This document shows positions 28,037 through 43,090 of a stretch of 64,000 bases of DNA, piece by piece. Position 1 is the stretch's first letter. Each line of letters starts with the position of its first letter. Position numbers and translations under genes: made by a program. The notes beneath the pieces were generated by a model. That model was not told where the DNA came from and did no database searches. It was given only the letters and a program-made list of their open reading frames with translations. The DNA is from Auanema rhodensis. Lineage: Eukaryota; Animalia; Nematoda. The stretch spans positions 8,122,001 to 8,186,000 of the forward strand of contig OZ059900.1 of the NCBI GenBank assembly GCA_964057225.1, read 5' to 3'.

Positions 28037-29095
28037 AAATTCAGGATTCATAAACTTTGACTATTTTTACATATATATGTCCAATTTTAACCACTTTGGT
28101 CAAAAAGGACCGAAAATATCAAGAATTATTGGTTTTTTGGGGATTGAAGGGCATTTTGGCAAAATCAGTCAAACTTTTGATCTTAAGCATATTTTTTTCT
28201 TCTAAAACGACTAAATGTATGAAATACTGTCATAGAATGTTCATGTAGGTGTATTTTGCACGAATATCAAAACTGATTGAAATATGGGCCTTTTTATGCT
28301 CAAAACGCCATATATTCAACGATTTTGGGTACAAAACATGTGAAAACTGTATGTTTTGATCAGACCCTTTGAGATATGGATTTGAAATTCAGGATTCATA
28401 AACTTTGACTATTTTTACATATATATGTCCAATTTTAACCACTTTGGTCAAAAAGGACCGAAAATATCAAGAATTATTGGTTTTTTGGGGATTGAAGGGC
28501 ATTTTGGCAAAATCAGTCAAACTTTTGATCTTAAGCATATTTTTTTCTTCTAAAACGACTAAATGTATGAAATACTGTCATAGAATGTTCATGTAGGTGT
28601 ATTTTGCACGAATATCAAAACTGATTGAAATATGGGCCTTTTTATGCTCAAAACGCCATATATTCAACGATTTTGGGTACAAAACATGTGAAAACTGTAT
28701 GTTTTGATCAGACCCTTTGAGATATGGATTTGAAATTCAGGATTCATAAACTTTGACTATTTTTACATATATATGTCCAATTTTAACCACTTTGGTCAAA
28801 AAGGACCGAAAATATCAAGAATTATTGGTTTTTTGGGGATTGAAGGGCATTTTGGCAAAATCAGTCAAACTTTTGATCTTAAGCATATTTTTTTCTTCTA
28901 AAACGACTAAATGTATGAAATACTGTCATAGAATGTTCATGTAGGTGTATTTTGCACGAATATCAAAACTGATTGAAATATGGGCCTTTTTATGCTCAAA
29001 ACGCCATATATTCAACGATTTTGGGTACAAAACATGTGAAAACTGTATGTTTTGATCAGACCCTTTGAGATATGGATTTGAAATTCAGGATTCAT
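27700..29095. repeat. Run of four consecutive near-identical monomers carrying ggggattg + catgtagg
   Basis: ORFs at 27709, 28057, 28405 and 28753 all end in ...RMFM. The last three copies look identical by eye. Confidence 0.88.
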
Positions 29096-32040
29096 AAACT
29101 TCGACTATTTCTACATATATATGTTCAATTTTAACCACTTTGGTCAAAAAGGACCGAAAATAACAAGAATTATTGGTTTTTTGGGGTTTGAAGGACATTT
29201 TGGCTAAATCAGTCAAACTTTTGATCTTAAGCATATTTTTTTCTTCTAAAACGACTAAATGTATGAAATACTGTCATAGAATGTTCATATAGGTGTATTT
29301 TGCACGAATATCAAAACTGATTGAAATATGGGCCTTTTTATGTTCAAAACGCCATATATTCAACGATTTTGGGTACAAAACATGTGAAAACTGTATGTTT
29401 TGATCAGACCCTTTGAGATATGGATTTGAAATTCAGGATTCATAAACTTTGACTATTTTTACATATATATGTCCAATTTTAACCACTTTGGTCAAAAAGG
29501 ACCGAAAATATCAAGAATTATTGGTTTTTTGGGGTTTGAAGGACATTTTGGCTAAATCAGTCAAACTTTTGATCTTAAGCATATTTTTTTTTTCTAAAAC
29601 GACTAAATGTATGAAATACTGTCATAGAATGTTCATATAGGTGTATTTTGCACGAATATCAAAACTGATTGAAATATGGGCCTTTTTATGTTCAAAACGC
29701 CATATATTCAACGATTTTGGGTACAAAACATGTGAAAACTGTATGTTTTGATCAGACCCTTTGAGATATGGATTTGAAATTCAGGATTCATAAACTTTGA
29801 CTATTTTTACATATATATGTCCAATTTTAACCACTTTGGTCAAAAAGGACCGAAAATATCAAGAATTATTGGTTTTTTGGGGTTTGAAGGGCATTTTGGC
29901 TAAATCAGTCAAACTTTTGATCTTAAGCATATTTTTTTCTTCTAAAACGACTAAATGTATGAAATACTGTCATAGAATGTTCATATAGGTGTATTTTGCA
30001 CGAATATCAAAACTGATTGAAATATGGGCCTTTTTATGCTCAAAACGCCATATATTCAACGATTTTGGGTACAAAACATGTGAAAACTGTATGTTTTGAT
30101 CAGACCCTTTGAGATATGGATTTGAAATTCAGGATTCATAAACTTTGACTATTATTACATATATATGTCCAATTTTAACCACTTTGGTCAAAAAGGACCG
30201 AAAATATCAAGAATTATTGGTTTTTTGGGGTTTGAAGGGCATTTTGGCTAAATCAGTCAAACTTTTGATCTTAAGTATATTTTTTTCTTCTAAAACGACT
30301 AAATGTATGAAATACTGTCATAGAATGTTCATATAGGTGTATTTTGCACGAATATCAAAACTGATTGAAATATGGGCCTTTTTATGCTCAAAACGCCATA
30401 TATTCAACGATTTTGGGTACAAAACATGTGAAAACTGTATGTTTTGATCAGACCCTTTGAGATATGGATTTGAAATTCAGGATTCATAAACTTTGACTAT
30501 TTTTACATATATATGTCCAATTTTAACCACTTTGGTCAGAAAGGACCGAAAATATCAAGAATTATTGGTTTTTTGGGGTTTGAAGGACATTTTGGCTAAA
30601 TCAGTCAAACTTTTGATCTTAAGCATATTTTTTTCTTCTAAAACGACTAAATGTATGAAATACTGTCATAGAATGTTCATATAGGTGTATTTTGCACGAA
30701 TATCAAAACTGATTGAAATATGGGCCTTTTTATGTTCAAAACGCCATATATTCAACGATTTTGGGTACAAAACATGTGAAAACTGTATGTTTTGATCAGA
30801 CCCTTTGAGATATGGATTTGAAATTCAGGATTCATAAACTTTGACTATTTTTACATATATATGTCCAATTTTAACCACTTTGGTCAAAAAGGACCGAAAA
30901 TATCAAGAATTATTGGTTTTTTGGGGATTGAAGGGCATTTTGGCAAAATCAGTCAAACTTTTGATCTTAAGCATATTTTTTTCTTCTAAAACGACTAAAT
31001 GTATGAAATACTGTCATAGAATGTTCATGTAGGTGTATTTTGCACGAATATCAAAACTGATTGAAATATGGGCCTTTTTATGCTCAAAACGCCATATATT
31101 CAACGATTTTGGGTACAAAACATGTGAAAACTGTATGTTTTGATCAGACCCTTTGAGATATGGATTTGAAATTCAGGATTCATAAACTTCGACTATTTCT
31201 ACATATATATGTTCAATTTTAACCACTTTGGTCAAAAAGGACCGAAAATAACAAGAATTATTGGTTTTTTGGGGTTTGAAGGACATTTTGGCTAAATCAG
31301 TCAAACTTTTGATCTTAAGCATATTTTTTTCTTCTAAAACGACTAAATGTATGAAATACTGTCATAGAATGTTCATATAGGTGTATTTTGCACGAATATC
31401 AAAACTGATTGAAATATGGGCCTTTTTATGTTCAAAACGCCATATATTCAACGATTTTGGGTACAAAACATGTGAAAACTGTATGTTTTGATCAGACCCT
31501 TTGAGATATGGATTTGAAATTCAGGATTCATAAACTTTGACTATTTTTACATATATATGTCCAATTTTAACCACTTTGGTCAAAAAGGACCGAAAATATC
31601 AAGAATTATTGGTTTTTTGGGGTTTGAAGGACATTTTGGCTAAATCAGTCAAACTTTTGATCTTAAGCATATTTTTTTTTTCTAAAACGACTAAATGTAT
31701 GAAATACTGTCATAGAATGTTCATATAGGTGTATTTTGCACGAATATCAAAACTGATTGAAATATGGGCCTTTTTATGTTCAAAACGCCATATATTCAAC
31801 GATTTTGGGTACAAAACATGTGAAAACTGTATGTTTTGATCAGACCCTTTGAGATATGGATTTGAAATTCAGGATTCATAAACTTTGACTATTTTTACAT
31901 ATATATGTCCAATTTTAACCACTTTGGTCAAAAAGGACCGAAAATATCAAGAATTATTGGTTTTTTGGGGTTTGAAGGGCATTTTGGCTAAATCAGTCAA
32001 ACTTTTGATCTTAAGCATATTTTTTTCTTCTAAAACGACT
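28750..32040. repeat. Four-monomer block repeated at a 6-monomer (2088-bp) offset
   Basis: 28753, 29101, 29449, 29797 match 30841, 31189, 31537, 31885 (catgtagg; ttcga/tttct/taacaag/ggaca; ggaca/T10). Confidence 0.85.
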
Positions 32041-32049
32041 AAATGTGTG

Positions 32050-35000
32050 AAATACTGTCAAAGAATGTTCATATAGGTGTATTTTGCACGAATATCAAAA
32101 CTGATTGAAATATGGGCCTTTTTATGCTTAAAACGCCATATATTCAACGATTTTGGGTACAAAACATGTGAAAACTGTATGTTTTGATCAGACCCTTTGA
32201 GATATGGATTTAAAATTCAGGATTCATAAAATTCGACTATTTTTACATATATATGTCCAATTTTAACCACTTTGGTCAAAAAGGATCGAAAATATCAAGA
32301 ATTATTGGTTTTTTGGGGTTTGAAGGGCATTTTGGCAAAATCAGTCAAACTTTTGATCTTAAGCATATTTTTTTCTTCTAAAACGACTAAATGTATGAAA
32401 TACTGTCATAGAATGTTCATATAGGTGTATTTTGCACGAATATCAAAACTGATTGAAATATGGGCCTTTTTATGCTCAAAACGCCATATATTCAACGATT
32501 TTGGGTACAAAACATGTGAAAACTGTATGTTTTGATCAGACCCTTTGAGATATGGATTTGAAATTCAGGATTCATAAACTTCGACTATTTCTACATATAT
32601 ATGTCCAATTTTAACCACTTTGGTCAAAAAGGACCGAAAATAACAAGAATTATTGGTTTTTTGGGGTTTGAAGGGCATTTTGGCAAAATCAGTCAAACTT
32701 TTGATCTTAAGCATATTTTTTTTTCTAAAACGACTAAATGTATGAAATACTGTCAAAGAATGTTCATATAGGTGTATTTTGCACGAATATCAAAACTGAT
32801 TGAAATATGGGCCTTTTTATGCTCAAAACGCCATATATTCAACGATTTTGGGTACAAAACATGTGAAAACTGTATGTTTTGATCAGACCCTTTGAGATAT
32901 GGATTTGAAATTCAGGAGTCATAAACTTTGACTATTTTTACATATATATGTTCAATTTTAACCACTTTGGTCAAAAAGGACCGAAAATATCAAGAATTAT
33001 TGGTTTTTTGGGGTTTGAAGGACATTTTGGCTAAATCAGTCAAACTTTTGATCTTAAGCATATTTTTTTCTTCTAAAACGACTAAATGTATGAAATACTG
33101 TCATAGAATGTTCATATAGGTGTATTTTGCACGAATATCAAAACTGATTGAAATATGGGCCTTTTTATGCTCGAAACGCCATATATTCAACGATTTTGGG
33201 TACAAAACATGTGAAAACTGTATGTTTTGATCAGACCCTTTGAGATATGGATTTGAAATTCAGGATTCATAAACTTTGACTATTTTAACATATATATGTC
33301 CAATTTTAACCACTTTGGTCAAAAAGGACCGAAAATATCAAGAATTATTGGTTTTTTGGGGTTTGAAGGGCATTTTGGCTAAATCAGTCAAACTTTTGAT
33401 CTTAAGCATATTTTTTTCTTCTAAAACGACTAAATGTATGAAATACTGTCATAGATTGTTCATATAGGTGTATTTTGCACGAATATCAAAACTGATTGAA
33501 ATATGGGCCTTTTTATGCTCAAAACGCCATATATTCAACGATTTTGGGTACAAAACATGTGAAAACTGTATGTTTTGATCAGACCCTTTGAGATATGGAT
33601 TTGAAATTCAGGATTCATAAACTTTGACTATTTTTACATATATATGTCCAATTTTAACCACTTTGGTCAAAAAGGACCGAAAATATCAAGAATTATTGGT
33701 TTTTTGGGGTTTGAAGGGCATTTTGGCTAAATCAGTCAAACTTTTGATCTTAAGCATATTTTTTTCTTCTAAAACGACTAAATGTATGAAATACTGTCAT
33801 AGAATGTTCATATAGGTGTATTTTGCACGAATATCAAAACTGATTGAAATATGGGCCTTTTTATGCTCAAAACGCCATATATTCAACGATTTTGGGTACA
33901 AAACATGTGAAAACTGTATGTTTTGATCAGACCCTTTGAGATATGGATTTGAAATTCAGGATTCATAAACTTTGACTATTTTTACATATATATGTCCAAT
34001 TTTAACCACTTTGGTCAAAAAGGACCGAAAATATCAAGAATTATTGGTTTTTTGGGGTTTGAAGGGCATTTTGGCTAAATCAGTCAAACTTTTGATCTTA
34101 AGCATATTTTTTTCTTCTAAAACGACTAAATGTATGAAATACTGTCATAGAATGTTCATATAGGTGTATTTTGCACGAATATCAAAACTGATTGAAATAT
34201 GGGCCTTTTTATGCTCGAAACGCCATATATTCAACGATTTTGGGTACAAAACATGTGAAAACTGTATGTTTTGATCAGACCCTTTGAGATATGGATTTAA
34301 AATTCAGGATTCATAAAATTCGACTATTTTTACATATATATGTCCAATTTTAACCACTTTGGTCAAAAAGGACCGAAAATATCAAGAATTATTGGTTTTT
34401 TGGGGTTTGAAGGGCATTTTGGCTAAATCAGTCAAACTTTTGATCTTAAGCATATTTTTTTCTTCTAAAACGACTAAATGTATGAAATACTGTCAAAGAA
34501 TGTTCATATAGGTGTATTTTGCACGAATATCAAAACTGATTGAAATATGGGCCTTTTTATGCTTAAAACGCCATATATTCAACGATTTTGGGTACAAAAC
34601 ATGTGAAAACTGTATGTTTTGATCAGACCCTTTGAGATATGGATTTAAAATTCAGGATTCATAAAATTCGACTATTTTTACATATATATGTCCAATTTTA
34701 ACCACTTTGGTCAAAAAGGATCGAAAATATCAAGAATTATTGGTTTTTTGGGGTTTGAAGGGCATTTTGGCAAAATCAGTCAAACTTTTGATCTTAAGCA
34801 TATTTTTTTCTTCTAAAACGACTAAATGTATGAAATACTGTCATAGAATGTTCATATAGGTGTATTTTGCACGAATATCAAAACTGATTGAAATATGGGC
34901 CTTTTTATGCTCAAAACGCCATATATTCAACGATTTTGGGTACAAAACATGTGAAAACTGTATGTTTTGATCAGACCCTTTGAGATATGGATTTGAAATT

Positions 35001-35450
35001 CAGGATTCATAAACTTCGACTATTTCTACATATATATGTCCAATTTTAACCACTTTGGTCAAAAAGGACCGAAAATATCAAGAATTATTGGTTTTTTGGG
35101 GTTTGAAGGGCATTTTGGCAAAATCAGTCAAACTTTTGATCTTAAGCATATTTTTTTTTCTAAAACGACTAAATGTATGAAATACTGTCAAAGAATGTTC
35201 ATATAGGTGTATTTTGCACGAATATCAAAACTGATTGAAATATGGGCCTTTTTATGCTCAAAACGCCATATATTCAACGATTTTGGGTACAAAACATGTG
35301 AAAACTGTATGTTTTGATCAGACCCTTTGAGATATGGATTTGAAATTCAGGAGTCATAAACTTTGACTATTTTTACATATATATGTTCAATTTTAACCAC
35401 TTTGGTCAAAAAGGACCGAAAATATCAAGAATTATTGGTTTTTTGGGGTT
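32050..35450. repeat. ~3-monomer block repeated at a 7-monomer (2435-bp) offset, carrying a shared 1-bp deletion
   Basis: caaaga/cttaaa; ttaaaa/aattcg/gatcg; ttcga/tttct/T9 deletion/caaaga; ggagtc occur at ~32060-32920 and again at ~34495-35355. Confidence 0.85.
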
Positions 35451-38400
35451 TGAAGGGCATTTTGGCAAAATCAGTCAAACTTTTGATCTTAAGCATATTT
35501 TTTTCTTCTAAAACGACTAAATGTATGAAATACTGTCATAGAATGTTCATATAGGTGTATTTTGCACGAATATCAAAACTGATTGAAATATGGGCCTTTT
35601 TATGTTCGAAACGCCATATATTCAACGATTTTGGGTACAAAACATGTGAAAACTGCATGTTTTGATCAGACCCTTTGAGATATGGATTTGAAATTCAGGA
35701 TTCATAAACTTTGACTATTTTTACATATATATGTCCAATTTGAACCACTTTGGTCAAAAAGGACCGAAAATATCAAGAATTATTGGTTTTTTGGGGATTG
35801 AAGGGCATTTTGGCAAAATCAGTCAAACTTTTGATCTTAAGCATATTTTTTTCTTCTAAAACGACTAAATGTATGAAATACTGTCATAGAATGTTCATAT
35901 AGGTGTATTTTGCACGAATATCAAAACTGATTGAAATATGGGCCTTTTTATGCTCAAAACGCCATATATTCAACGATTTTGGGTACAAAACATGTGAAAA
36001 CTGTATGTTTTGATCAGACCCTTTGAGATATGGATTTGAAATTCAGGATTCATAAACTTTGACTATTTTTACATATATATGTTCAATTTTAACCACTTTG
36101 GTCAAGAAGGACCGAAAATATCAAGAATTATTGGTTTTTTGGGGTTTGAAGGGCATTTTGGCAAAATCAGTCAAACTTTTGATCTTAAGCATATTTTTTT
36201 CTTCTAAAACGACTAAATGTATGAAATACTGTCATAGAATGTTCATATAGGTGTATTTTGCACGAATATCAAAACTGATTGAAATATGGGCCTTTTTATG
36301 CTCAAAACGCCATATATTCAACGATTTTGGGTACAAAACATGTGAAAACTGTATGTTTTGATCAGACCCTTTGAGATATGGATTTGAAATTCAGGATTCA
36401 TAAACTTTGACTATTTTTACATATATATGTTCAATTTTAACCACTTTGGTCAAAAAGGACCGAAAATATCAAGAATTATTGGTTTTTTGGGGTTTGAAGG
36501 GCATTTTGGCAAAATCAGTCAAACTTTTGATCTTAAGCATATTTTTTTCTTCTAAAACGACTAAATGTATGAAATACTGTCAAAGAATGTTCATATAGGT
36601 GTATTTTGCACGAATATCAAAACTGATTGAAATATGGGCCTTTTTATGCTCAAAACGCCATATATTCAACGATTTTGGGTACAAAACATGTGAAAACTGT
36701 ATGTTTTGATCAGACCCTTTGAGATATGGATTTGAAATTCAGGATTCATAAACTTTGACTATTTTTACATATATATGTCCAATTTTAACCACTTTGGTCA
36801 AAAAGGATCGAAAATATCAAGAATTATTGGTTTTTTGGGGTTTGAAGGGCATTTTGGCAAAATCAGTCAAACTTTTGATCTTAAGCATATTTTTTTCTTC
36901 TAAAACGACTAAATGTATGAAATACTGTCATAGAATGTTCATATAGGTGTATTTTGCACGAATATCAAAACTGATTGAAATATGGGCCTTTTTATGCTCA
37001 AAACGCCATATATTCAACGATTTTGGGTACAAAACATGTGAAAACTGTATGTTTTGATCAGACCCTTTGAGATATGGATTTGAAATTCAGGATTCATAAA
37101 CTTCGACTATTTCTACATATATATGTCCAATTTTAACCACTTTGGTCAAAAAGGACCGAAAATATCAAGAATTATTGGTTTTTTGGGGTTTGAAGGGCAT
37201 TTTGGCAAAATCAGTCAAACTTTTGATCTTAAGCATATTTTTTTTTTCTAAAACGACTAAATGTATGAAATACTGTCAAAGAATGTTCATATAGGTGTAT
37301 TTTGCACGAATATCAAAACTGATTGAAATATGGGCCTTTTTATGCTCAAAACGCCATATATTCAACGATTTTGGGTACAAAACATGTGAAAACTGTATGT
37401 TTTGATCAGACCCTTTGAGATATGGATTTGAAATTCAGGATTCATAAACTTTGACTATTTTTACATATATATGTCCAATTTCAACCACTTTGGTCAAAAA
37501 GGACCGAAAATATCAAGAATTATTGGTTTTTTGGGGTTTGAAGGGCATTTTGGCTAAATCAGTCAAACTTTTGATCTTAAGCATATTTTTTTTTTCTAAA
37601 ACGACTAAATGTATGAAATACTGTCAAAGAATGTTCATATAGGTGTATTTTGCACGAATATCAAAACTGATTGAAATATGGGCCTTTTTATGCTCAAAAC
37701 GCCATATATTCAACGATTTTGGGTACAAAACATGTGAAAACTGTATGTTTTGATCAGACCCTTTGAGATATGGATTTGAAATTCAGGATTCATAAACTTT
37801 GACTATTTTTACATATATATGTTCAATTTTAACCACTTTGGTCAAAAAGGACCGAAAATATCAAGAATTATTGGTTTTTTGGGGTTTGAAGGGCATTTTG
37901 GCAAAATCAGTCAAACTTTTGATCTTAAGCATATTTTTTTCTTCTAAAACGACTAAATGTATGAAATACTGTCATAGAATGTTCATATAGGTGTATTTTG
38001 CACGAATATCAAAACTGATTGAAATATGGGCCTTTTTATGTTCAAAACGCCATATATTCAACGATTTTGGGTACAAAACATGTGAAAACTGCATGTTTTG
38101 ATCAGACCCTTTGAGATATGGATTTGAAATTCAGGATTCATAAACTTTGACTATTTTTACATATATATGTCCAATTTTAACCACTTTGGTCAAAAAGGAC
38201 CGAAAATATCAAGAATTATTGGTTTTTTGGGGATTGAAGGGCATTTTGGCAAAATCAGTCAAACTTTTGATCTTAAGCATATTTTTTTCTTCTAAAACGA
38301 CTAAATGTATGAAATACTGTCATAGAATGTTCATATAGGTGTATTTTGCACGAATATCAAAACTGATTGAAATATGGGCCTTTTTATGTTCAAAACGCCA

Positions 38401-38839
38401 TATATTCAACGATTTTGGGTACAAAACATGTGAAAACTGTATGTTTTGATCAGACCCTTTGAGATATGGATTTGAAATTCAGGATTCATAAACTTTGACT
38501 ATTTTTACATATATATGTCCAATTTCAACCACTTTGGTCAAAAAGGACCGAAAATATCAAGAATTATTGGTTTTTTGGGGTTTGAAGGGCATTTTGGCTA
38601 AATCAGTCAAACTTTTGATCTTAAGCATATTTTTTTCTTCTAAAACGACTAAATGTATGAAATACTGTCATAGAATGTTCATATAGGTGTATTTTGCACG
38701 AATATCAAAACTGATTGAAATATGGGCCTTTTTATGCTCAAAACGCCATATATTCAACGATTTTGGGTACAAAACATGTGAAAACTGTATGTTTTGATCA
38801 GACCCTTTGAGATATGGATTTGAAATTCAGGATTCATAA

Positions 38840-41270
38840 ACTTTGACTATTTTTACATATATATGTTCAATTTTAACCACTTTGGTCAAGAAGGACCGAA
38901 AATATCAAGAATTATTGGTTTTTTGGGGTTTGAAGGGCATTTTGGCAAAATCAGTCAAACTTTTGATCTTAAGCATATTTTTTTCTTCTAAAACGACTAA
39001 ATGTATGAAATACTGTCATAGAATGTTCATATAGGTGTATTTTGCACGAATATCAAAACTGATTGAAATATGGGCCTTTTTATGTTCAAAACGCCATATA
39101 TTCAACGATTTTGGGTACAAAACATGTGAAAACTGTATGTTTTGATCAGACCCTTTGAGATATGGATTTGAAATTCAGGATTCATAAACTTCGACTATTT
39201 CTACATATATATGTCCAATTTTAACCACTTTGGTCAAAAAGGACCGAAAATATCAAGAATTATTGGTTTTTTGGGGTTTGAAGGGCATTTTGGCAAAATC
39301 AGTCAAACTTTTGATCTTAAGCATATTTTTTTCTTCTAAAACGACTAAATGTATGAAATACTGTCAAAGAATGTTCATATAGGTGTATTTTGCACGAATA
39401 TCAAAACTGATTGAAATATGGGCCTTTTTATGCTCAAAACGCCATATATTCAACGATTTTGGGTACAAAACATGTGAAAACTGTATGTTTTGATCAGACC
39501 CTTTGAGATATGGATTTGAAATTCTGGATTCATAAACTTTGACTATTTTTACATATATATGTTCAATTGTAACCACTTTGGTCAAAAAGGACCGAAAATA
39601 TCAAGAATTATTGGTTTTTTGGGGTTTGAAGGGCATTTTGGCTAAATCAGTCAAACTTTTGATCTTAAGCATATTTTTTTCTTCTAAAACGACTAAATGT
39701 ATGAAATACTGTCAAAGAATGTTGATATAGGTGTATTTTGCACGAATATCAAAACTGATTGAAATATGGGCCTTTTTATGCTCAAAACGCCATATATTCA
39801 ACGATTTTAGGTACAAAACATGTGAAAACTGTATGTTTTGATCAGACCCTTTGAGATGTGGATTTGGAATTCAGGATTCATGAACTTTGACTATTTTTAC
39901 ATATATATGTTCAATTTTAACCACTTTGGTCAAAAAGGACCGAAAATATCAAGAATTATTGGTTTTTTGGGGTTTGAAGGGCATTTTGGCAAAATCAGTC
40001 AAACTTTTGATCTTAAGCATATTTTTTTCTTCTAAAACGACTAAATGTATGAAATACTGTCATAGATTGTTCATATAGGTGTATTTTGCACGAATATCAA
40101 AACTGATTGAAATATGGGCCTTTTTATGCTCCAAACGCCATATATTCAACGATTTTGGGTACAAAACATGAGAAAACTGTATGTTTTGATCAGACCCTTT
40201 GAGATATGGATTTGAAATTCAGGATTCATAAACTTTGACTATTTTTACATATATATGTCCAATTTTAACCACTTTGGTCAAAAAGGACCGAAAATATCAA
40301 GAATTATTGGTTTTTTGGGGTTTGAAGGACATTTTGGCTAAATCAGTCAAACTTTTGATCTTAAGCATATTTTTTTCTTCTAAAACGACTAAATGTATGA
40401 AATACTGTCATAGAATGTTCATATAGGTGTATTTTGCACGAATATCAAAACTGATTGAAATATGGGCCTTTTTATGTTCAAAACGCCATATATTCAACGA
40501 TTTTGGGTACAAAACATGTGAAAACTGTATGTTTTGATCAGACCCTTTGAGATATGGATTTGAAATTCAGGATTCATAAACTTTGACTATTTTTACATAT
40601 ATATGTCCAATTTTAACCACTTTGGTCAAGAAGGACCGAAAATATCAAGAATTATAGGTTTTTTGGGGTTTGAAGGACATTTTGGCTAAATCAGTCAAAC
40701 TTTTGATCTTAAGCATATTTTTTTCTTCTAAAACGACTAAATGTATGAAATACTGTCATAGAATGTTCATATAGGTGTATTTTGCACGAATATCAAAACT
40801 GATTGAAATATGGGCCTTTTTATGTTCAAAACGCCATATATTCAACGATTTTGGGTACAAAACATGTGAAAACTGTATGTTTTGATCAGACCCTTTGAGA
40901 TATGGATTTGGAATTCAGGATTCATAAACTTTGACTATTTTTACATATATATGTCCAATTTTAACCACTTTGGTCAAAAAGGACCGAAAATATCAAGAAT
41001 TATTGGTTTTTTGGGGATTGAAGGGCATTTTGGCAAAATCAGTCAAACTTTTGATCTTAAGCATATTTTTTTCTTCTAAAACGACTAAATGTATGAAATA
41101 CTGTCATAGAATGTTCATGTAGGTGTATTTTGCACGAATATCAAAACTGATTGAAATATGGGCCTTTTTATGCTCAAAACGCCATATATTCAACGATTTT
41201 GGGTACAAAACATGTGAAAACTGTATGTTTTGATCAGACCCTTTGAGATATGGATTTGAAATTCAGGATT
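38840..41270. repeat. Third, dispersed copy of the last 7 monomers of the 23-mer unit
   Basis: 17617..19705 (and 25621..27709) match 38843..40931: caagaagg, ttctgg, ttagg, gatgtgg, catgaac, catgag, tatagg, catgtagg. It has a few private differences (~39715, ~40630, ~40799). Confidence 0.88.
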
Positions 41271-41274
41271 CATA

Positions 41275-43090
41275 AACTTTGACTATTATTACATATATAT
41301 GTCCAATTTTAACCACTTTGGTCAAAAAGGACCGAAAATATCAAGAATTATTGGTTTTTTGGGGTTTGAAGGGCATTTTGGCTAAATCAGTCAAACTTTT
41401 GATCTTAAGTATATTTTTTTCTTCTAAAACGACTAAATGTATGAAATACTGTCATAGAATGTTCATATAGGTGTATTTTGCACGAATATCAAAACTGATT
41501 GAAATATGGGCCTTTTTATGCTCAAAACGCCATATATTCAACGATTTTGGGTACAAAACATGTGAAAACTGTATGTTTTGATCAGACCCTTTGAGATATG
41601 GATTTGAAATTCAGGATTCATAAACTTTGACTATTTTTACATATATATCCAATTTTAACCACTTTGGTCAGAAAGGACCGAAAATATCAAGAATTATTGG
41701 TTTTTTGGGGTTTGAAGGACATTTTGGCTAAATCAGTCAAACTTTTGATCTTAAGCATATTTTTTTCTTCTAAAACGACTAAATGTATGAAATACTGTCA
41801 TAGAATGTTCATATAGGTGTATTTTGCACGAATATCAAAACTGATTGAAATATGGGCCTTTTTATGTTCAAAACGCCATATATTCAACGATTTTGGGTAC
41901 AAAACATGTGAAAACTGTATGTTTTGATCAGACCCTTTGAGATATGGATTTGAAATTCAGGATTCATAAACTTTGACTATTTTTACATATATATGTCCAA
42001 TTTTAACCACTTTGGTCAAAAAGGACCGAAAATATCAAGAATTATTGGTTTTTTGGGGATTGAAGGGCATTTTGGCAAAATCAGTCAAACTTTTGATCTT
42101 AAGCATATTTTTTTCTTCTAAAACGACTAAATGTATGAAATACTGTCATAGAATGTTCATGTAGGTGTATTTTGCACGAATATCAAAACTGATTGAAATA
42201 TGGGCCTTTTTATGCTCAAAACGCCATATATTCAACGATTTTGGGTACAAAACATGTGAAAACTGTATGTTTTGATCAGACCCTTTGAGATATGGATTTG
42301 AAATTCAGGATTCATAAACTTCGACTATTTCTACATATATATGTTCAATTTTAACCACTTTGGTCAAAAAGGACCGAAAATAACAAGAATTATTGGTTTT
42401 TTGGGGTTTGAAGGACATTTTGGCTAAATCAGTCAAACTTTTGATCTTAAGCATATTTTTTTCTTCTAAAACGACTAAATGTATGAAATACTGTCATAGA
42501 ATGTTCATATAGGTGTATTTTGCACGAATATCAAAACTGATTGAAATATGGGCCTTTTTATGTTCAAAACGCCATATATTCAACGATTTTGGGTACAAAA
42601 CATGTGAAAACTGTATGTTTTGATCAGACCCTTTGAGATATGGATTTGAAATTCAGGATTCATAAACTTTGACTATTTTTACATATATATGTCCAATTTT
42701 AACCACTTTGGTCAAAAAGGACCGAAAATATCAAGAATTATTGGTTTTTTGGGGTTTGAAGGACATTTTGGCTAAATCAGTCAAACTTTTGATCTTAAGC
42801 ATATTTTTTTTTTCTAAAACGACTAAATGTATGAAATACTGTCATAGAATGTTCATATAGGTGTATTTTGCACGAATATCAAAACTGATTGAAATATGGG
42901 CCTTTTTATGTTCAAAACGCCATATATTCAACGATTTTGGGTACAAAACATGTGAAAACTGTATGTTTTGATCAGACCCTTTGAGATATGGATTTGAAAT
43001 TCAGGATTCATAAACTTTGACTATTTTTACATATATATGTCCAATTTTAACCACTTTGGTCAAAAAGGACCGAAAATATCAAGAATTATT
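41275..43090. repeat. Five-monomer copy of ~30140-31960
   Basis: attatta/taagtat; gtcagaaa/ggaca; catgtagg; taacaag; T10 occur in the same order (30145->41279, offset 32 monomers-2). This copy has an extra 2-bp deletion at ~41648. Confidence 0.86.
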
